Positions 8,901-17,664 of a DNA stretch of 64,000 nucleotides are shown here, piece after piece (the stretch's first letter is position 1; the number at the start of each line of letters is the position of its first letter). The DNA comes from Alphaproteobacteria bacterium (GTDB lineage: Bacteria > Pseudomonadota > Alphaproteobacteria > GCA-2731375). The notes under the pieces were generated by a model, which worked only from the letters and a program-made list of their open reading frames with translations, had not been told where the DNA came from and made no database searches. Where the stretch lies: contig CBDDPY010000002.1 of NCBI GenBank assembly GCA_965232515.1, positions 992,001 through 1,056,000 of the forward strand, given 5' to 3'. The translations under genes and the position numbers were made by a program.

Positions 8901-10352
8901 CTGCGCGCAGGCCGCGTAGAAGTCGGCGCGCACGGTCAAGACCACCCGCACCGTGCTGTCGGCCGGATCGGTCATGGCCGACAGCGCGTCGGCAAACTTT
9001 CGCCGCTGTACGGCGGGCGCCAGCGTGAACAGCTCCTCGAACTGGTCGATGCACAGCACCAGCGGCCGATCGGCGGCGCGGCCGCCGTCCAGGTGGCGCG
9101 CCATGGTCGGCCGCGCGATCAGGTCGTCGAGCGACAGCGTCCGGCCTTCGCCGGCGGGCATGTCCTGGGTTGCCTGAAAATAGAGCTCGGCCATGGGATC
9201 GCGGCCCGGCGTGAACAGCGCGATCCGCCAGTTCTCGCTGCCGGGCAGGGCGCCCGCGCGCAATGCCGGTATCAACCCGGCGCGCACCAGCGAGGACTTG
9301 CCGCTGCCTGACGGCCCGCCGACCACCAGCACCTTGTGCAGCCGCATGCGCCGCACCAGCTCGTCGATCAGCGCCTCGCGTCCGAAGAAGAAATGCGCGT
9401 CCTCCGGCTGGTAGGCCGCCAACCCCTTGTAGGGACAGCGCGCCGCCGCCTGGACCGCCACCGTCGGCAGGCAGCCGAGCGTTTCCGCCGATTCCCGCGC
9501 CAGCGTTTCGTGAATGGCCGCGCGCCAGTCCTCCATGTCGCGGAAGCGCTCGTCGGGATCGAGCGCCATGCCCCGACCGATCAGATCGCGCCAAGCCGCC
9601 GGCAGGCTGTCCAGACGGCCCATCACGTCGCGCGGTCCCGGCGGCCGGTCGCCGGTCAGCACGTGCCACAGCATCGCCGTCGCGGCATAGACGTCGGCGG
9701 CCGGCGTGATCTCCGCCGTGGCGTCGTCCTGCTCCGGCGCCTGATAGAGCGGCGTGCCGGCCATGATCGTGATGTCGCCGGCGCGTTTCACCAGATCCTT
9801 GGCGATCCCGAGATCGCCGACCAGGATCCGTTCATCGGCGGCGACCAACGGCGATGACGGCTCGCTCACCCGCGCGCCGTTCGTCGCCACGCGCGTCGGC
9901 GCCCGGCGGGCGCGCTGGAACAGGATGTTCGCCGGCTTGATGTCGCGATGCACGACGCCGGCCTCGTGGATCGCCGACAGGCCATCGGCGACCGCATCGA
10001 CCAGCGCCATCACGCTCTGCTCGTCCGGCGGCTGGAAGTCGGGCCCAGGCTTCAGGCGGGCGGCGAGCGTGCCGCGATCGGCATAGTCCATCACGAAGTA
10101 CGGACGGCCATCGTTCAGCCGCCCGACATCGTGCACGGTGACGACATTGGGGGAATGCATGCGGCGAAGCAGCCGCGCCTCCTCCAGGAAGCGCAGCTGC
10201 AACGCGGCATCATCCGCCAGCTCTTGGCGCAGGATCTTCAGTGCGACGAAGGATTCCAGATCCTCGTCCCAAGCCCGCACGACCACGGCGAAGCCGCCGC
10301 TCGCGATCTCGTCGCGAACGGCAAAACGACCGACATAGGCCGGCAGATGCAT
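5916..10352 (-). CDS. Ser/Thr protein kinase - nSTAND1 NTPase - hydrophobic helix - WD40 repeat protein (1478 aa)
   Basis: Kinase motifs VALK, HRDIKPAN, DLG, GTPLYQAPE. STAND motifs [36 protein letters not shown]. More than 12 GH..W/SPDG WD40 repeats. Confidence 0.93.
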   Translation of the reverse strand: MHLPAYVGRFAVRDEIASGGFAVVVRAWDEDLESFVALKILRQELADDAALQLRFLEEARLLRRMHSPNVVTVHDVGRLNDGRPYFVMDYADRGTLAARLKPGPDFQPPDEQSVMALVDAVADGLSAIHEAGVVHRDIKPANILFQRARRAPTRVATNGARVSEPSSPLVAADERILVGDLGIAKDLVKRAGDITIMAGTPLYQAPEQDDATAEITPAADVYAATAMLWHVLTGDRPPGPRDVMGRLDSLPAAWRDLIGRGMALDPDERFRDMEDWRAAIHETLARESAETLGCLPTVAVQAAARCPYKGLAAYQPEDAHFFFGREALIDELVRRMRLHKVLVVGGPSGSGKSSLVRAGLIPALRAGALPGSENWRIALFTPGRDPMAELYFQATQDMPAGEGRTLSLDDLIARPTMARHLDGGRAADRPLVLCIDQFEELFTLAPAVQRRKFADALSAMTDPADSTVRVVLTVRADFYAACAQIPWLAERITDNQVLVGPMTGPELRRAVSEPARPAGLYLERGLVDAIIDEAGSEAGSLPLVAHALVETWSRREGNNLTLAGFRAAGGVAGAISQTADAMFEDRFDATERAVTKRLFLRLVTPGEGTPDTRRVLARTEIDNDSQADVMNRVVESLTEARLLTVDDASVQIAHEALLRTWPRLRSWIEESRDDLRMRQRISRAATEWDAEDRDADLLYRGTPLLSALDWASSNPDQLGETARAFLNASAETKARAEAVAVERERRSRRVRRAAVSVLSILAAGATAASLVAFLALREARLNEELAEQATVEAHERFAGALGAAAHGLVASDPLLALVLGAEAVARAEAEPPGFDARAAMLAAREALADGGPVPVGSPIAAGDAQTLAVSPDGGLLAVGQRDGSIVIIDRSTRQPTGPSLRGHDGGVRDLDFRSDGRALASVGVDGTVWLWPVEDGLGGQGRKIGEVDDMISGVSFGPDGAAIASANSDGSVRLWRPGQVEQNGEPLVLGPNGFQSVAFSPDGRGLVAGGKDGSIHGWQLPSGKPLFEPVRDAHSSKLLQLAFNPAGTYVATASSDGTSTVIAYPSGRVAGKAFDPDDRIAAVAFSPDGGVLIGGNDDGSLRLWDIEAAKSVAATASAHSRAIADLGASRDGKLLATLGRDQLIRIWHLNSRHDLATALNVSGKSAKGVAFSGDGAWLAAGDDTGAVQVWRLNDESGSPTVLRGHKHQVWAVAFAPDGGMLATADRAGEIRLWNPVTGAAVRRIAGHDGAIWSLAFTADGQRLMSASDGQIRFWDTDTGEQSGELTPTDGRITRAVLSPDTTLAAVARTDGRVALWDVATMQRRSEIAAADDVVWSATFSPDARYLATGSSDEVVALFDVETGARLAAFTGQTGGATDLAYLADGVTLVAVDRGGSLHIWDVRSGRRLTKSQWGHAGPSWRIAVHPDGERFATAGDDGWVKIWDGLDIARACAIGGASFDTVRHRQYLGEGERPVACK

Positions 10353-10367
10353 GATCCCGGCAGTGCG

Positions 10368-10847
10368 TTAGAGCTTGTCGCTAACGTCGACGCAGTGAAA
10401 GGCGTTCACGTCGATGATGTTATGGTTGCGGTCCGACGTACTGACGCATAACGACTTCGCGCCGTTGCGGGCGCCGGTCGATGCCGGTCCCTGCGTCGTG
10501 TAGGTCGGATAGTCGTCGGTCAGGTGCCAGGCGCCCTGCTTGACGTTGTGCACCGGCTCGGCGTTGCGGCTGACCTGCTTCACCGTGAACGACTCGCCCC
10601 ACCAGATATGGATGTGGTTTTTCGACAAATCGGGCGCGAAGTTCGCCTTGAAGGTCAGCTTCAGCTCGTTGCCGGCGCGTTCCACCTCGACGATCTGCAC
10701 CTCGCAGCCGTCGACGGGGCAAGCGTTCGGCATCGTCGCCTGGGCATGCGACAGCGCGATACCGGCGCAAAAAGCAAACAAACCGACGACGACCGCACCG
10801 ATGCGGCGGACGGTTCGGGACTCAACAATGGTGTTGGTTGGTTTCAT
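10368..10847 (-). CDS. Secreted hypothetical protein with paired cysteines
   Basis: Signal peptide ending SHA-QA, CPVDGC plus two C-terminal Cys; 15 bp upstream of the kinase gene. Start could be 10847 or 10880. Confidence 0.75.
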   Translation of the reverse strand: MKPTNTIVESRTVRRIGAVVVGLFAFCAGIALSHAQATMPNACPVDGCEVQIVEVERAGNELKLTFKANFAPDLSKNHIHIWWGESFTVKQVSRNAEPVHNVKQGAWHLTDDYPTYTTQGPASTGARNGAKSLCVSTSDRNHNIIDVNAFHCVDVSDKL

Positions 10848-11221
10848 CGGACATATCCCTCTCTGAAACGCGATAGACACTTTCAGCCTCTGTCGCTCGC
10901 AGGTTTTCGGCGGTTACCTGCCAAATCCTTGGCGTACACAAAGACGAACGTCTGTCATTCAGGAGGGCTGAGCGATCGAACGTACCGCTCAACGCGCCCA
11001 CGTCTTTGCTAATTCTCGCGGACTTCTCCGGTCATTGCAAGTGACCAGAATAGAACAGCGCAGATGTGTGACAAGAGAACCAGCACACACCCAGTTCGTT
11101 TGTTTTGTAGTATCATTGACGTTCGGCGGTCCGATATGGGCATCCGGATCGGCCGATTTCTGTGAGGGACAATTTGACTGGCCGAACACGTGCGCCGGAA
11201 CCCGCTCGCCGGATCTGAGAA

Positions 11222-12139
11222 ATGACGTCCCGCGCGCTCGAAGCCGCGCTGCTGATGGCGGACATCACGGGCAGCACGCCGCTTTACGAGGATATCGGCG
11301 ACGCGGCGGCCGTCGCCCGCGTGTTCGAATGCCTGGACCAGCTTCGGCAAGTCGCGGTGCGCGCCGGCGGTGTGGTTATCCACACCAAGGGCGACGATAT
11401 CCTGTGCTCGTTCGCCGAGCCGGCGGCCGCGCTCGCCGCGGTACGCGAAATGCTGAGCGGCGAGCCGGGCCACGGCCTGGCGATACACGCGGGCATCCAC
11501 TACGGCCACATGATCCCCATGCGCGGCGATGTCTATGGCGACGCCGTCAATCTGACGGCGCGGCTGGCGACGCTGGCCGAACCGGGCGAGGTGCTGATGA
11601 GCCAGAGCTTCGTCGACCGGCTGCCGGCGACCGAGGCCGGCACGCTGCAGATGCTCGATCACATGACACTCAAGGGCAAGAGCATGCCGGTCGAGGTCTA
11701 TTCGCTGCGCCGCGACGACGCCGCGCCGAACACCGAGATCGCCTTCGGCCACGGGTCCGGGCATACCCGGACCCGGCACCGGCAGGCCGTCGCCGAGGTT
11801 CACGTCACCCTGGAATACCGTGAACGGATCCTGCGCTGCCCCGACGGCGCCAGCCTCCTGATCGGCCGCGCGGCCGATTGCGACGTGCTGATCCAGCAGC
11901 CCTGGGTCTCGCGCCGGCACGGGACGGTGTCGGTGCGACACGGCAGAATCGAGTTCAGCGACCGCAGCTCGTCCGGCACCTATGTGTCCATGCCCGATGG
12001 CCACGAAATCTTTCTCCGGCGCGAGAGCGTGGCGCTGACCGGCGCGGGCTCGATCTCGCCGGCCGTGCGGCCGACCGAGGCCGAGGCCGAGGTGATCCGC
12101 TACCGCGTCGTCCAGGACCGGGACGGCGGCGATGGCTGA
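11222..12139 (+). CDS. Class III adenylate/guanylate cyclase with C-terminal FHA domain
   Basis: ADITGST, GDD, GIHYG, DVYGDAVNLTARL, LKGK; FHA motifs IGR...VSRRH...SGTYV. Confidence 0.92.
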   Translation: MTSRALEAALLMADITGSTPLYEDIGDAAAVARVFECLDQLRQVAVRAGGVVIHTKGDDILCSFAEPAAALAAVREMLSGEPGHGLAIHAGIHYGHMIPMRGDVYGDAVNLTARLATLAEPGEVLMSQSFVDRLPATEAGTLQMLDHMTLKGKSMPVEVYSLRRDDAAPNTEIAFGHGSGHTRTRHRQAVAEVHVTLEYRERILRCPDGASLLIGRAADCDVLIQQPWVSRRHGTVSVRHGRIEFSDRSSSGTYVSMPDGHEIFLRRESVALTGAGSISPAVRPTEAEAEVIRYRVVQDRDGGDG

Positions 12140-12223
12140 CGCCGCCTCGTTTGGCGGCGCGGCGCGGCCGGCATAGACTGGGCATTGAGTGGGGTCGGGT
12201 AACTTCGGAAGGGGCGTAGGACG

Positions 12224-12589
12224 ATGAGCGACACGACAAACCAGGCAGGCGCCGAGGCCGATCCGGAAGCCTTGATGGCGGACTACGGCACGCCGGACTA
12301 TACCCGCCGGCTCGCCGACAAGATCGTCTTCGCTTTCAACCACGCCGCGGCGCTGAACCGAGACGACGTGGCCGAGCTGCTTGAGCAGGCGCTGGCGAAG
12401 TGCATCCAGGGCGAGAAGGACGACCGCAACGCGGTAGCGCTGGGCAAGACCGCGCGCTGGCGCGAGTTCATTGCCCGCCGCGATGCCTATAAGGCGGCCC
12501 GCGACAAGCACGACTATGGCTCGGCCGAGCTGACGGCGGCCCTCGAGCACATGAAATCGGCCTATGCCGAGTGGAGCGAGCATCCCTGA
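12224..12589 (+). CDS. Hypothetical helical protein
   Basis: Typical codon usage, AGGA RBS, TGATG coupling to the next gene. Confidence 0.7.
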   Translation: MSDTTNQAGAEADPEALMADYGTPDYTRRLADKIVFAFNHAAALNRDDVAELLEQALAKCIQGEKDDRNAVALGKTARWREFIARRDAYKAARDKHDYGSAELTAALEHMKSAYAEWSEHP

Positions 12590-13050
12590 TGACGGCCCGC
12601 CTTCGCATTCTGGCGGCCATCGTGATGCTGGTCGCCCTGACGCCTTTCGCGGCGGCGACGGCCGATACCGACGGCAAGCTGCACATCGTCACCCAGAATG
12701 GACGGTTCACGTTTTCCGTCGAGATCGCGGACACCCCGGACAAGCGCTCGCAAGGCCTGATGTTCCGCAAATCCATGGCCGAAGACGCCGGCATGCTGTT
12801 CACCTTCGAGCGCGACCAGGTGGCCTCGTTCTGGATGAAGAACACCGAGATCCCGCTCGATATGCTGTTCATCGCCCGCGACGGGCGCATCGCCGACATG
12901 CACCGCAACGCGCAACCGCACTCGCTGCGCTCGATCCGCTCGAAAATGCCCGTCTTCGCGGTTCTGGAGATCAATGCCGGCCTGACCTCCCGACTCGGCA
13001 TTCGGGTCGGCGACCGGGTCGAGCACCCGGCCTTCGCGGCCGGCGACTGA
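12589..13050 (+). CDS. DUF192 family exported protein
   Basis: Signal peptide; VEIADT..R.QGLMFR, GMLF, FWMKNT.IPLD, VLE..AG motifs. Confidence 0.92.
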   Translation: MTARLRILAAIVMLVALTPFAAATADTDGKLHIVTQNGRFTFSVEIADTPDKRSQGLMFRKSMAEDAGMLFTFERDQVASFWMKNTEIPLDMLFIARDGRIADMHRNAQPHSLRSIRSKMPVFAVLEINAGLTSRLGIRVGDRVEHPAFAAGD

Positions 13051-13053
13051 CAG

Positions 13054-13476
13054 GTGGCGCCCCGGTCCCGCGATATTCCGGCGGGCTTCGTGCTGGTCGA
13101 GCCGCGCAATCCCTTCGCCGAACTCTTGGGCCCGATCTACGAGAAGGCCGATGACGACGGCTTCCGGCGTGGCTTCCGTGTGTCGGACAAGCACCTCAAC
13201 ACCGCCGGCATCGCCCATGGCGGCATGCTGATGACCTTCGCCGACATCCTGATGGGCCAGGCCATCCGCCGGGCCGACGCCTTTCCGGCCGTCACCATCC
13301 GGATGACCACCGATTTCACGGCGCCGGCGCGCCTCGGTGACTGGGTCGACGGCACCGGCCGGACCAGCCGCGTCACCCGTTCGATGGTCTTCGTCGAGGC
13401 CGAAATCGCCGTCAACGGCCGGCTGTCGCTGACGGCAAACGGACTGTTCCAAAGACTGGGGCGACAACACGGCTGA
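13054..13476 (+). CDS. PaaI family (hotdog) thioesterase
   Basis: N.AG.AHGG motif. Confidence 0.88.
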   Translation: MAPRSRDIPAGFVLVEPRNPFAELLGPIYEKADDDGFRRGFRVSDKHLNTAGIAHGGMLMTFADILMGQAIRRADAFPAVTIRMTTDFTAPARLGDWVDGTGRTSRVTRSMVFVEAEIAVNGRLSLTANGLFQRLGRQHG

Positions 13477-13580
13477 CGCGGCACCCGTCATACGCGCCCA
13501 GGCGGCGGTCTGTTTAACCAGATTTTTGTAATAATCCGGGAAAATCGACCAGTTCGACCTGCCATACGGGAGCGTCATAC

Positions 13581-13835
13581 ATGTCGTCGGTCTGGTCCGT
13601 CAGGGGCGTGCCGCCCGAATTGCGACGCAGCATCGTCGAGGCTGCCGGCCGTGAAGGCATTCCGGTCGCGGAATGGCTCAGCCGCGCGATCTCGCCATCG
13701 CTCGCCAATGGCGCGGAACCACGACCGTCGGCGCCGCATGCCGCCTGCGCCTCGGACACCACCGTTGACGAGCTGCTGGCCCGGATCGACGGCTGTCTCG
13801 CCGAACTCCAGAATCTCAGCCGAAACGGCCAATAG
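13581..13835 (+). CDS. Small protein resembling the N-terminal segment of PodJ-like proteins
   Basis: WSVRGV..E.R....AA.REG..VAEWL.RAI followed by a short coiled coil; GGAG RBS. Confidence 0.6.
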   Translation: MSSVWSVRGVPPELRRSIVEAAGREGIPVAEWLSRAISPSLANGAEPRPSAPHAACASDTTVDELLARIDGCLAELQNLSRNGQ

Positions 13836-13903
13836 CCGGGCGTATGACGATGCCGTGCCGTCCGTCATACGGGCCATCGGCGGACAGCCGGAACTGACAA
13901 CCG

Positions 13904-14392
13904 ATGCCGCAGCCCCAATCCGGTCACGAATCCCCGCTCGACTTGGCCGAAGCGTCGCGCCGACTCGGCATCAGCGTCGAGGCGGTGCAGACCGCCCTCG
14001 ACCGCGGCCTGCTGCGCGGCATCCGCGGCTCGGACGGCCGCTGGCGGGTCTTCCTCAGCAGCGCGGGCGAGAACATCGGCTTTCCCGACCCGGCGGCCTC
14101 GACATCCGCCGAAACCGCGCCGACGGAGGTCCTGCTGCGCGAGCAGATCGACTATCTGCGCGGCCGCATCGAGCGGCAGGACGCCGTGATCGCCGAAAAG
14201 GACCGGACGATCGCGGAAATCGCCGGCCGCATCCTGCAGCTGGGCGAGACCGCCATCCTGCGCGAGGCGCCGGCGCGGCCGGCGGCGGACGCCATGGCCG
14301 GCTTCGAGGCCCGCTACGAGCAGGCCATGCGCAACATGGCCGAGACCCTGGTCATGGTCCGCGACTACCTGGTCCGGCAGAAGCGCACGTGA
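13904..14392 (+). CDS. Putative DNA-binding (HTH) coiled-coil protein
   Basis: LAEASRRLGIS...G.LRG.R..DGRWRV resembles a MerR/excisionase HTH, followed by a heptad coiled coil. Confidence 0.65.
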   Translation: MPQPQSGHESPLDLAEASRRLGISVEAVQTALDRGLLRGIRGSDGRWRVFLSSAGENIGFPDPAASTSAETAPTEVLLREQIDYLRGRIERQDAVIAEKDRTIAEIAGRILQLGETAILREAPARPAADAMAGFEARYEQAMRNMAETLVMVRDYLVRQKRT

Positions 14393-14412
14393 GACCGGAC
14401 CGGGGGCTGGGG

Positions 14413-15000
14413 TCAGGCGGCGGCCAGCCGCTCTTCCAGGAGGTACAGGCGATCGGCGCCCCAGAACAATTCGCCGTCCAGCACGAATGTCGGTACGCCG
14501 AAGACGCCAAGCGCCTGCGCCTGGGCGTAGATCCGGTCGTGCTCCCGACGGCCTTCGCGGGCGAGGAAAGCGGGAAAGTCGGCCGTGTCGGCGCCGGCCT
14601 CGGCCAGCACGCCGGTGATGGCGTCGACGTCCTCGATGGTCAGCTCGCGCTTCCAGAAGCGCTCGAAGACCCGGTCGTTGTAGGCCCGGAACACGCCCTG
14701 ACGCTGGGCGAACAGCATGCCGATGCTGGCGATGGAGGAATCGTAGATCTTTTTCGGCCCGCGCACCGTCAGACCGCGTTTGTTGGCCAGTCGCCGGGCG
14801 TCCATGTAGGCGTAGCGAACCTTCCGCCACTGGTTCTCGTCCCGGCCCTCAACCGATCCAAGAAACAGAGGAATATCAAGCGTATAAGGCAGCCATCTCA
14901 ACGAAACATCGAAGCTCTCCTCGAGCCGGTAGGCCGGTTCGACGGCGAGATAGGCGTAAGGGCTCTTGTAGTCGGTGTAGACCGTAATCTCGGTTGTCAT
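14413..15000 (-). CDS. DsbA-like 2-hydroxychromene-2-carboxylate isomerase family protein
   Basis: DYKSPYAYLA and GVFGVPTF...ELFWG.DRL; likely start at ATG 15000. Confidence 0.88.
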   Translation of the reverse strand: MTTEITVYTDYKSPYAYLAVEPAYRLEESFDVSLRWLPYTLDIPLFLGSVEGRDENQWRKVRYAYMDARRLANKRGLTVRGPKKIYDSSIASIGMLFAQRQGVFRAYNDRVFERFWKRELTIEDVDAITGVLAEAGADTADFPAFLAREGRREHDRIYAQAQALGVFGVPTFVLDGELFWGADRLYLLEERLAAA

Positions 15001-15096
15001 ACCGCTTCCCGGGTCGTCTGTCGGACATCGTCTGGCGGTCGCGCCGCCGACGTGCCAGCATAACGCAACGACGACGGGAGAAGGGAGGCTCCGCGA

Positions 15097-15417
15097 ATGA
15101 CTGTCCGACAGCTGCCACCCGGCATCGACGCCACGCGTCTCGATCTTGCGCGCGAATTCAAGGCCCGGCCGTTCGGCGCCCATAGCGGTGACCTGCAGCA
15201 TCTGTTGAACGTGATGCGCGGCCTGCCGATCCAGAGCAAGCACGTGCTGGTGATGACCGAGCCGCACCGACAGTGGACGCTGGCCGAGATGACCGGCGAG
15301 CCGCCGCGCCCCCGGCTGCTGTCGAACCACGTTTTCCATTCGCTGGAAGAGGCGGAATGGCACGTCTTCAAGCTGCGCTGGCGCGAGCTCATCGGCGAAC
15401 CGCTGGAGCTCGAGTGA
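15097..15417 (+). CDS. N,N-dimethylformamidase small subunit-like protein
   Basis: EF...PFG.HS..LQ.LL..MR and EAEW.VF..RW motifs; directly upstream of the large subunit. Confidence 0.8.
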   Translation: MTVRQLPPGIDATRLDLAREFKARPFGAHSGDLQHLLNVMRGLPIQSKHVLVMTEPHRQWTLAEMTGEPPRPRLLSNHVFHSLEEAEWHVFKLRWRELIGEPLELE

Positions 15418-15418
15418 G

Positions 15419-17653
15419 ATGGCCGATCTGCTCGCCTATTGCGATCCCCAGAGCGCCGCGCCCGGTGAGACCATCCGCTTCATGGTGAGTTGCGTCGACG
15501 CCGACCGCTACCGAACCGACATCGTGCGCCTGCTGAGCCCGGAAGGCCCGCCGACATCGCCGCCGTTCCGCGAGGAAGCGATCGACACCGCCGCCAACGG
15601 AACCTATCCCGGCCGTCGGCAGGACATTCAGATCGGCTCCTTTGCCCGCGTGCCGGCCGCGCCGCTGTTCAATGCCCGCGACAGCTTCACGCTCTCGGTC
15701 ATGGTCTGGCCGACGACGCCCGGGCGCGGCCGTCAAGCCATCCTGGGCACCTGGTCCGAGAACAACGGCGGCAGCGGCTACGGCCTCATGCTGGCCGAGG
15801 ACGGCAGCCTGGAAGTCCGCATCGGCGACGGCGCGGGCGGCACCGCCGTTCTGACCAGCGGCCGGCCGCTGCAGACCCGGCGCTGGTACCAGGCCGCGGC
15901 CAGATTCGATGCGGACAGCGGCAAACTTAGGCTGTTTCAGCGGCCGCTCGCCGACGGCACCTTCCATGCCCACGACACGGTGGCGATCGAGACGGAAACC
16001 ACGGTCCGGCCGGTCGCGTCCGACGACCCGTTCCTGTTCGCCGCCTGGCGAAACAGCGACCCGTTCGGCATCGGCGGCTTCTATAACGGCAAGCTCGATC
16101 GCCCGCGCCTCGCCAATCGGGCCCTGACCGAAGCCGAAATCACGGCGCTCGCGGGCGAGGGGATACCGGCCGGCCTGACAGATGCAGTCGTCGCCGCCTG
16201 GGACTTCGCGCAGGACATCGGTGGCGAGACCATCCGCGACCTGTCGGCGAACCGGCTCGACGGCGAGACTGTGAACACGCCGACCCGGGCCATGACCGGC
16301 TGCAACTGGGACGGCAGCGAGCACAACTGGACCCGGGCGCCCGAGCAATACGGCGCCATCCATTTCCATGACGACGACCTGGACGATGCCCGCTGGGAAA
16401 CGGACTTCAGCTTCACCGTGCCCGCGGACTGCCGCAGCGGCTGCTACGCGGCCCGGCTCAGCGCCGGCGACGCCGAGTTCTACGTGCCGTTCTTCATCCG
16501 CGCGCCCCGCGGTAAAGCCACTGCCGACGTCGCCTATCTCGCCGCCACCGCCACCTATACCGTCTACACCAACAATCTCGCCCGCTTCGTCGGCGACTAT
16601 GTCGAGCTCTACCAGGGCCGCCTGACGGTGATGGACGAAACCGACATGCTGTTGCTGCGCTATCCCGAGATCGGGGTCTCGACCTATGACCGGCACAGCG
16701 ACGGCAGCGGCGTCTGCTATTCGTCGCGGCTGCGGCCGGCGACCAACATCCGGCCCAAAGGCCGCATGTGGAACTACTGCACCGACCTGTTCATCGTCGA
16801 TTGGCTGGAACAGAGTGGCGTCGGCTACGACGTCATCACCGACGAGGACCTGCACCGGGAAGGGCGGGACCTGCTCGACCGCTACCGTGTGGTCGTAACC
16901 GGCAGCCATCCGGAATACGATTCCAAGCAGATGCTGGACGCGCTCGACGGCTGGCTGCGGGATGGCGGCCGGTTCATGTATCTCGGCGGCAACGGCTTCT
17001 ACTGGCGCATCGCCTACCACCCGACGAAACCCGGCCTGATCGAGGTACGCCGCTCCGAAGGCGGCCTGCGGGCCTGGATCGCCGAGGTCGGCGAGTACTA
17101 TCACAGTTTCACCGGCGAGTATGGCGGCCTCTGGCGGCGCCAGAACCGCGCGCCGAACGCGCTCTGCGGCGTCGGCTTCATCAGCCAGGGTTTCGACGCA
17201 TCGTCCTACTACCGCCGCACCGCGGCCAGCCACGACCCGCGCGTCGCCTTCATCTTCGAAGGCGTCGAGGACGAAATCCTGGGCGACTTCGGCGCGCTGC
17301 AGGGCGGCGCCTCCGGGCTGGAGCTCGACTGCTACGACGAAAAGCTGGGCTCGCCGCCGCACGCGCTGATCGTCGCCGCCTCGGAAGCGCATTCCAACAC
17401 CTACATGCTGGTGCCCGAGGAGGTCGCCATCCCGCACGGCGCCAGCGACGGCGTCCAGAACCCGGGCATCCGGGCGGACATGGTGTTTTTCGAGACGCCG
17501 GGCGGCGGCGCCGTCTTCTCGACCGGCTCGATCGCCTATGCCGGCAGCCTCGGCCAAAACGATTTCGACAACAACATCGCCCGGCTGACCACCAACGTGC
17601 TGAAGCGCTTCGTCGACGCGCGGCCGTTCGACCTGCCCGGCGCCGCGAGCTGA
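15419..17653 (+). CDS. N,N-dimethylformamidase large subunit-like protein
   Basis: LamG-like N-terminal region, AIHFHDDD, TY.VY.N, STYDRHSDG, HPEY, YLGGNGFYW, GAVFSTGSI. Confidence 0.9.
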   Translation: MADLLAYCDPQSAAPGETIRFMVSCVDADRYRTDIVRLLSPEGPPTSPPFREEAIDTAANGTYPGRRQDIQIGSFARVPAAPLFNARDSFTLSVMVWPTTPGRGRQAILGTWSENNGGSGYGLMLAEDGSLEVRIGDGAGGTAVLTSGRPLQTRRWYQAAARFDADSGKLRLFQRPLADGTFHAHDTVAIETETTVRPVASDDPFLFAAWRNSDPFGIGGFYNGKLDRPRLANRALTEAEITALAGEGIPAGLTDAVVAAWDFAQDIGGETIRDLSANRLDGETVNTPTRAMTGCNWDGSEHNWTRAPEQYGAIHFHDDDLDDARWETDFSFTVPADCRSGCYAARLSAGDAEFYVPFFIRAPRGKATADVAYLAATATYTVYTNNLARFVGDYVELYQGRLTVMDETDMLLLRYPEIGVSTYDRHSDGSGVCYSSRLRPATNIRPKGRMWNYCTDLFIVDWLEQSGVGYDVITDEDLHREGRDLLDRYRVVVTGSHPEYDSKQMLDALDGWLRDGGRFMYLGGNGFYWRIAYHPTKPGLIEVRRSEGGLRAWIAEVGEYYHSFTGEYGGLWRRQNRAPNALCGVGFISQGFDASSYYRRTAASHDPRVAFIFEGVEDEILGDFGALQGGASGLELDCYDEKLGSPPHALIVAASEAHSNTYMLVPEEVAIPHGASDGVQNPGIRADMVFFETPGGGAVFSTGSIAYAGSLGQNDFDNNIARLTTNVLKRFVDARPFDLPGAAS

Positions 17654-17664
17654 ACCGAACCGCC

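Noticed and set aside
11065-11089. TGTGTG-N13-CACACA as a CRP site upstream of the cyclase
   Set aside because: Spacing and sequence do not match TGTGA-N6-TCACA; could be chance.
16768-17664. ORF-track N-terminal extension of the pentapeptide protein
   Set aside because: It overlaps the DMFase large subunit out of frame; ATG 17665 is the sensible start.
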